The notes beneath the pieces are model-generated. The model was not told where the DNA came from, did no database searches, and worked only from the letters and a program-made list of their open reading frames with translations. A stretch of DNA of 31,024 bases from an uncultured Gemmatimonadota bacterium (GTDB lineage: Bacteria > SM23-81), in the NCBI GenBank assembly GCA_964584035.1, contig CAZOYL010000002.1, positions 1-31,024 on the forward strand, given 5' to 3'. The position numbers and the translations under genes were made by a program. Shown here one piece after another: positions 25,497 to 31,024 of the stretch. Every line of letters begins with the position of its first letter. Positions within the stretch are counted from its first letter, which is position 1.

Positions 25497-27068
25497 TCAG
25501 GGTTCCTGAAAGACCTGAGCAGTAAACACGAACATCCGGGTGCCTTCCTGAAGATACGCATCGGCGGACAGATGTGCCTTTTCGCGACAACAGTGCTCCA
25601 CGAATTCCTGACGGGTCCATCCCGTTTGGCCGGCCACCTGGGGCAGATAACAGCCGCTGCGCCCGTCCCGTGTGATCCAGATGCCGTGTCTGCCCAGCTC
25701 GATCTCCCCGATGCCGGAGATCTCCTGCAGCGGAGACAGAACCGAGATCTCGATCTCGACCTGATCCAGCTCGCCGCTCTCCAGCGGCTGGAAGCGGCCA
25801 TCGTGAAAGGCAGCCGCCTGAGCCATCTGGGCCACCGTCCGGACCAGCTCGGTCTGGGGCTGAAATTGACCGATGCAGCCCCGTAACTGGCCGTGTTTGT
25901 GAAGCGTCACGAACGCCCCGCAACGCTCCCGCAGCCGTCCCGGAGCAGACTCCGGAGGCGTATAGTCCTGTCCCCTGAGTCCGGCGGCGATGGACGTTCT
26001 GGCGATGGCCAGCAGCTCCTGCTGTTGCGTCTCATTCAGCTCCCAGCCGGCATCGCTCGGGTCCGGCGCCTCGTCTGCATCCGGCGCCCTCCCCGGGGCC
26101 GCAGCGTCGTCATCACACAAGGCCACAGCGGCGTACCCCACCACCCGGTCATGGTCTCCCATGGGCGTGTCGCCGGAGTTGGCATAGTTCAATATCCTGG
26201 CTCTGTCAGCGCCCAGCATCCGGGCCGCCTCCATGACCACCATGACCGCCTCGGTTGCGCACATGGCGCAGCTCAGGCCGGGCACGCCCTCCTGCCGGCA
26301 GTGCTGCTCATGCTCGAGCAGTTGGTCCGGCCGGTAGGCGGCGATCAGATCGAGCGTCTCCCGATCCACCCGGCAGGCATCGTCATACCGGGGATAATGG
26401 GACAGATCGGTGCTGGCCACCAGCAGGACGCCCTCCCGTCCGGCCGCCGCCTCGGCGATGGCCCGGGCCAAAGACTCCAGCTCCTGCGGCGAGTTCTGGT
26501 GGCCCAGAAGGATGGGAACCAGACGGAACTCGCCCAGCGCCCTCTGCAGGAAGGGCAGCTCCACCTCTATGGAGTGCTCGGCCTGGTGCGCCTCGGGCAG
26601 ATAGCGGAGGCTCGGCACCCGGGAGATGAGCTCATCGGCCAACACCTCGTCGAGGGGAACCATGCCCAGGGGCGTCCGGTAGGCTCCCCGGCGGTACACC
26701 GAGGCTCCGGAATATCCGGCCCGATGACTGCAGCCCACCACGATGACCGTGCGGTACTCTTCCCCCCGGATGAGCTGATAGGCGTGGGCCGCCACCTGGC
26801 CGGAAAAAACATAGCCGGCGTGCGGGGCGATAAGACCCACCGGCCGGCAGGGCAAGGTCTGCGGGGAAACGCTGTCCAGAAAATGATCCACCTGCCGGGC
26901 CAGCAGGTCGGGATCGTCCGGATAAAAGGCTCCCGCCACCACGGGCGCCCGGATGGGCCCCCCGGCGACGTCCTCCTGGTTGCTCCTCTGACCGCACTGG
27001 CCGGTGGCGGTCAGGAACAAGATAACCAGGGAGATTCCTAAAACATGGTGCCCGGATTGTTTCGCCAT
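25497..27068 (-). CDS. amrB: AmrB-AmrA (Memo + AMMECR1) fusion with an N-terminal signal/lipoprotein-like peptide
   Basis: GGGAGG RBS; leader MAKQSGHHVLGISLVILFLTATGQC; Memo motifs (PHAGY, EHSIEVELPFL, STDLSHY) followed by AMMECR1 motifs (GAFVTL, LRGCIG, YLPQVA). Confidence 0.92.
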   Translation of the reverse strand: MAKQSGHHVLGISLVILFLTATGQCGQRSNQEDVAGGPIRAPVVAGAFYPDDPDLLARQVDHFLDSVSPQTLPCRPVGLIAPHAGYVFSGQVAAHAYQLIRGEEYRTVIVVGCSHRAGYSGASVYRRGAYRTPLGMVPLDEVLADELISRVPSLRYLPEAHQAEHSIEVELPFLQRALGEFRLVPILLGHQNSPQELESLARAIAEAAAGREGVLLVASTDLSHYPRYDDACRVDRETLDLIAAYRPDQLLEHEQHCRQEGVPGLSCAMCATEAVMVVMEAARMLGADRARILNYANSGDTPMGDHDRVVGYAAVALCDDDAAAPGRAPDADEAPDPSDAGWELNETQQQELLAIARTSIAAGLRGQDYTPPESAPGRLRERCGAFVTLHKHGQLRGCIGQFQPQTELVRTVAQMAQAAAFHDGRFQPLESGELDQVEIEISVLSPLQEISGIGEIELGRHGIWITRDGRSGCYLPQVAGQTGWTRQEFVEHCCREKAHLSADAYLQEGTRMFVFTAQVFQEP

Positions 27069-27109
27069 GGCATCCTCCCGGTGTCCCGCGGGCAACGTCT
27101 GGGGCGGAT

Positions 27110-29506
27110 CTATGATTTTTTCCGGCGCGAAGCTGCGGAGGCCGCATGGGCGAATGGGATCTCGCCGAAGGCCTCCTGCCAGACCTGATCGACCGTCTCG
27201 ACCAGAACGAACCGGAGATCCTTGCTGATCTCCTCGGGAATCTCCACCAGATCCTTCTCATTCTTCTTGGGAATGATCAGGGTCCGTATCCCGGCCCGAT
27301 GAGCGGCCAGGCTCTTTTCCTTGATGCCGCCAACGGGCAATACCTCGCCGCGCAGGGTGATCTCTCCCGTCATCGAGAACCGCGGCCGGATGGGACGGTC
27401 CAGCAGCATCGAGGCCAGGGCGGTGGCAATAGTGATGCCTGCGGATGGACCATCCTTGGGAATGGCGCCGGCGGGGACATGGACGTGGATATCGTAGCGG
27501 TCGAAGAAGTCCTCCTCGATGCCCAGCCGGGGCGCGCTGGACCGCAGATAACTGAGGGCCGCCTGGGCCGATTCCTTCATCACGTCGCCCAGCTGACCGG
27601 TCAGGATGAGGTTTTTCTTGCCGGGCATCTTGGTTGCCTCGACGAACATGATGGCGCCCCCGGTCTGTGTCCAGGCCAGGGTCGGCACCACGCCCACCTT
27701 GGGCTCCTGCGTGGCCATCTCCCGGAAGAACCTGGGCGGCCCCAGATAATTTCCCAGCTCCTGATCGCTGACTGCAATGGGTCCCTTCTCCCCCTCGGCG
27801 ATCCGCTTGGCCACCTTACGGCAGATGGAGGCGATCTCCCGGTTCAGGTTCCGCAGGCCCGCCTCCAGGGTATATCGCGAGATGATCTCCCGGAGGGCGT
27901 CATCCCGGATGTCGATCTGCTCCGGGGAGAGACCGTGCTCCTCACGTTCCCGGGGAACCAGGTAACGCCTGGCGATATACAGTTTCTCCTCGTCGGTGTA
28001 TCCGGGCAGGCTGATCACCTCCATGCGGTCACGCAACACCCCGGGGATGGGATCCAGGACATTCGCGGTGGTGATGAACATGACCCGGGAGAGATCGAAA
28101 GATACCTCCAGGTAGTGGTCCGAAAAGCTGTTGTTCTGCTCCGGATCCAGCACCTCCAGAAGAGCCGAGGCGGGATCGCCGCGGAAATCCTGCCCGATTT
28201 TGTCCACCTCATCGAGCATGAACACCGGGTTCTTCGAACCCGCCCGGCGGATGCCCTGAATGATCCGCCCCGGCAGAGCGCCGACATAGGTGCGGCGGTG
28301 CCCGCGAATCTCGGCCTCGTCGCGCATGCCGCCTAGCGAGAGACGAATAAACTTCCGGCCCAGGGCCCGGGCGATGGATTTTCCCAGAGAGGTCTTGCCC
28401 ACGCCGGGAGGGCCCACAAAACACAGAATCGGGCCCTTCATCTCGGCTTTCAGCTTTCTCACCGCCAGGTATTCGAGGATTCTCTCCTTGATCTTCTCGA
28501 GATCGTAGTGATCCTCATCCAGCACCTGTCTGGCCAAGGCAATATCCAGATTGTCTTTGGTCCGCTTGCTCCAGGGCAGATGAGCCAGCCAGTCTAAATA
28601 GGTCCGGGCTACGGTATACTCGGCCGCGGCCGGCGGGATCCGCACGAGCCGGTCCAGCTCCCGGTCGGCGGCTTCCAGAGCCTCCTTGGGCAGCTTGGCC
28701 GCGGTAATCTTTTTCCTAAGCTCATCGATCTCCGCCGTCCTCTGATCCGTTTCCCCCAGCTCCTTCTGGATGGCCTTGAGCTGCTCGCGGAGAAAATACT
28801 CCTTCTGATCCCGGCCCATCTCGGAGGCAGCCCGGCTCTGTATCTCTTTGCCCAGCTCCAGGACATTGCGCTCGCGGTTGAGATAACCGGTCAGCTTGGT
28901 CAGGCGCTCCCGGACGTTGACCGCTCCCAGGATGTCCTGCTTCTGAGTGACGGGAATGTTCAGATTGGAGGCGATCAGGTCGGCCACTTTGCTGGGGTCG
29001 TCGATGTTCATGACCGAAATCTGCATGTCATCCGGCAGATAAGGCGCCAGCTCGACGACCTTGGTGAACTGTTCGATGAGATTTCGGATCAGCGCCTCCA
29101 GCTCGATGGACGGATCCGCCTCTTCCTGGAGGATCTCCACCCTGGCGACCAGATAGGGATCCTTGTGAACGAATTTCTTGATCCCGATGCGGGCCACTCC
29201 CTGAACCAGAAATCGGACCGATCCGTCGGGAAACCGGAGCATCTTGATGATCTGCCCGGCCGTGCCGACGTCGGCCAGCGAAGCTGCTTCCTTGCTTCGT
29301 TTGGGCGTTTTCTTCTGTAAAAAAAGCCCCACCATTTTCCCGCCGGACAGGACTTCATCGATCAATCTGGCATGTTCCTGCTGAGAGATCACCAGGGGAA
29401 CCACGATATAGGGGAAGACCACCACCTCCTTGAGCGGAAGGATGGGGAGCTCTTCCGGTATTTTCACCTTACCTCCCGGGCTTGCCAGGTATTTTGGTTT
29501 CGCCAT
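27110..29506 (-). CDS. lon: ATP-dependent protease La (LonA)
   Basis: LON N-domain (LPILPL), [40 protein letters not shown] (Ser) and GGIKEK (Lys). Confidence 0.98.
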   Translation of the reverse strand: MAKPKYLASPGGKVKIPEELPILPLKEVVVFPYIVVPLVISQQEHARLIDEVLSGGKMVGLFLQKKTPKRSKEAASLADVGTAGQIIKMLRFPDGSVRFLVQGVARIGIKKFVHKDPYLVARVEILQEEADPSIELEALIRNLIEQFTKVVELAPYLPDDMQISVMNIDDPSKVADLIASNLNIPVTQKQDILGAVNVRERLTKLTGYLNRERNVLELGKEIQSRAASEMGRDQKEYFLREQLKAIQKELGETDQRTAEIDELRKKITAAKLPKEALEAADRELDRLVRIPPAAAEYTVARTYLDWLAHLPWSKRTKDNLDIALARQVLDEDHYDLEKIKERILEYLAVRKLKAEMKGPILCFVGPPGVGKTSLGKSIARALGRKFIRLSLGGMRDEAEIRGHRRTYVGALPGRIIQGIRRAGSKNPVFMLDEVDKIGQDFRGDPASALLEVLDPEQNNSFSDHYLEVSFDLSRVMFITTANVLDPIPGVLRDRMEVISLPGYTDEEKLYIARRYLVPREREEHGLSPEQIDIRDDALREIISRYTLEAGLRNLNREIASICRKVAKRIAEGEKGPIAVSDQELGNYLGPPRFFREMATQEPKVGVVPTLAWTQTGGAIMFVEATKMPGKKNLILTGQLGDVMKESAQAALSYLRSSAPRLGIEEDFFDRYDIHVHVPAGAIPKDGPSAGITIATALASMLLDRPIRPRFSMTGEITLRGEVLPVGGIKEKSLAAHRAGIRTLIIPKKNEKDLVEIPEEISKDLRFVLVETVDQVWQEAFGEIPFAHAASAASRRKKS

Positions 29507-29586
29507 GATCTCCTCATTCTCAAGAATAAGCTCGCCGGAACGAAAGATTCACCGGCCGGGTTGGGAAAGACGCCCGGCCCCCAGGG

Positions 29587-30300
29587 CTATCCATTCCCGG
29601 GTTCGATCTTGGGTATGGTGATGGTTAAAAAACCATCCCGGTAAGAGGTCTCGGCCCTATCGGGATCGACATCCGGCAGCAGGAGAAAATCACGCCGGAA
29701 GGGCCCGCTGGGGATCTCCAGACAATAATAGGTGACGCGGCCATCGGGGGAGGGCTCCTGGCGGACGCCGCTGATGATGATCCTTCGGTCCTCGACCTCG
29801 ATGTTGAAATCCTCCTCCTTCATGCCCGCCAGCTCGCAGAGAATCACCTGAGACCGGCTGGTCTCCCAAACATTGGCCGGCGGCCAGTCCGACTCCACGC
29901 CGAAGTCGATAAACAGGGAAGTTAACTTCTCAGACACCCGGCGAACGTTAGAATAGAACTCCGACGGATCCCAATCGATGTGGCCGGAAGATGACCTTCC
30001 GCCCAGCGGCACGATGATCTTTAAAAAACCATTTTGGTAAACGGCTTTCTCGCCGCTGGAATTCACATCCGGCACCCAGTAACGGCGTCCGAAGCGCCCG
30101 TATTTAATTTCATATCGATGATAGAGAACCTTTCCGGCGGTCCGGGGCTCGGGACGCTCGCCATCGATGCGGAGGTCATTTCCCTCGATGAAGACCTGAA
30201 AATCGTCCTCATTCATGCCGGCGATCTCACAGGTGATGACGCAGGAATCCTCGGTCTGGCAGATGTTCATCGACGGCCAACAATCGAATATCACCTTCAC
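29587..30300 (-). CDS. Hsp20/alpha-crystallin protein with two tandem alpha-crystallin domains
   Basis: Two copies of WP..N..(E/Q)T....I.CE.AGM.E.DF....(D)....I.G.R.EP...EI..G.F.R...PDV.....A/S.Y..GFL.I..P; GGGAGG RBS with GTG start. Confidence 0.88.
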   Translation of the reverse strand: MKVIFDCWPSMNICQTEDSCVITCEIAGMNEDDFQVFIEGNDLRIDGERPEPRTAGKVLYHRYEIKYGRFGRRYWVPDVNSSGEKAVYQNGFLKIIVPLGGRSSSGHIDWDPSEFYSNVRRVSEKLTSLFIDFGVESDWPPANVWETSRSQVILCELAGMKEEDFNIEVEDRRIIISGVRQEPSPDGRVTYYCLEIPSGPFRRDFLLLPDVDPDRAETSYRDGFLTITIPKIEPGNG

Positions 30301-30315
30301 GTCCTCCCACTGTTC

Positions 30316-31023
30316 TCAAGCCCCTGCTTCCAGCACCGCCAGCATCAATTGGGCTGCCCGTTCCCCGGAAAGGAGCATGCCGCCGAAGATGGGTCCCATC
30401 CGCGGGGCGCCGAAGGCGGCATTGGCTGCCATTCCGGTCACATAGACGCCGGGATAGACCTCCCGGGTATTCTTCAGGATGGTCCGCTCGGCCACCTCGG
30501 CCCACATGGAACGCTCCCCCTCCACCTGACCGCTGGGCGTCAGCAGGCGGCCCGCCTTTCTCTGGATGATCTGCAGGATCTCGGTAGGGTGACCGGTGGC
30601 TTCCAGAACGAGTTTGGCCGCGATGCTGAGAGGGTCAACATGCAGCCGGGCCGATTCCGCGGCCGACCAGTTCAAGACCAGGCCGGTGACCCGCTCCTGG
30701 CGGATGACCACATCCTCGATGCCGATGAGATTGAAGATCCTGGCGCCGGCCCGGCAGGCTTTCGAGGCGATGGTGGTAATGGACTCGACCGAGTCCGCCG
30801 TATAATAATTCTCCTGATAGAGTTCCGTCCGTACGCCGAATTCATCCAGAATTCGCTTTCCTTCCTCCTGGACCACCAGCTCATTGAACATCATCCCGCC
30901 GCCCCACATGCCTCCCCCGACACTCAGGTGGCGCTCGAAGACGGCCACCTTGAGGCCCGCTTTGGCCAGATAGTAAGCGGCCGTCAGGCCGGCGGGACCG
31001 GAGCCGATTATCGCAATCTTTCT
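30316..31023 (-). CDS. thi4: sulfide-dependent adenosine diphosphate thiazole synthase (His-type Thi4), 5'-truncated by the window edge
   Basis: [28 protein letters not shown] and [14 protein letters not shown]; the frame stays open to the window end. Confidence 0.93.
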   Translation of the reverse strand, partial: RKIAIIGSGPAGLTAAYYLAKAGLKVAVFERHLSVGGGMWGGGMMFNELVVQEEGKRILDEFGVRTELYQENYYTADSVESITTIASKACRAGARIFNLIGIEDVVIRQERVTGLVLNWSAAESARLHVDPLSIAAKLVLEATGHPTEILQIIQRKAGRLLTPSGQVEGERSMWAEVAERTILKNTREVYPGVYVTGMAANAAFGAPRMGPIFGGMLLSGERAAQLMLAVLEAGA

Positions 31024-31024
31024 A

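Noticed and set aside
14737..28336. Long + strand ORFs (for example 14737-16104, 21836-22813, 25893-27041, 27146-28336)
   Set aside because: These are antisense shadows of well-supported minus-strand genes, as expected in high-GC DNA.

Overview
GC-rich chromosomal backbone of a diderm, probably anaerobic bacterium. A C-terminal 'QNYPNPFN...' FlgD/CTD-like sorting domain, an LptD and a His-type Thi4 suggest an FCB-group or candidate-phylum organism (inference). The + strand starts with the 3' end of a tRNA abutting tmRNA (tag ANDYSYAMAA), followed by mutM, a DUF362 Fe-S protein, a 1177-aa secreted beta-helix repeat protein and a CPBP protease. Next come dsbD-tlpA-DUF192 (- strand), a divergent outer-membrane beta-barrel gene, and an Fe-S operon on the - strand (unannotated 36-aa rubredoxin-like gene, HD protein, iscU, nfu) behind an IscR/Rrf2-like operator, then hup. 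The rest is one ~17.5-kb co-directional - strand run: thi4, tandem Hsp20, lon, an expanded AmmeMemoRadiSam locus (signal-peptide amrB-amrA fusion, amrB, amrA, udk, small Tat-peptide ORF, amrS), a Minf_1886-family gene, yigZ, split coaB/coaC with altered catalytic motifs, isoaspartyl peptidase, a secreted hypothetical, an HDAC and an extended lptD. No mobile elements or CRISPR arrays were seen. The best candidate for a new system is the duplicated, partly exported AmmeMemoRadiSam cluster with an embedded uridine kinase and a detached Tat peptide.
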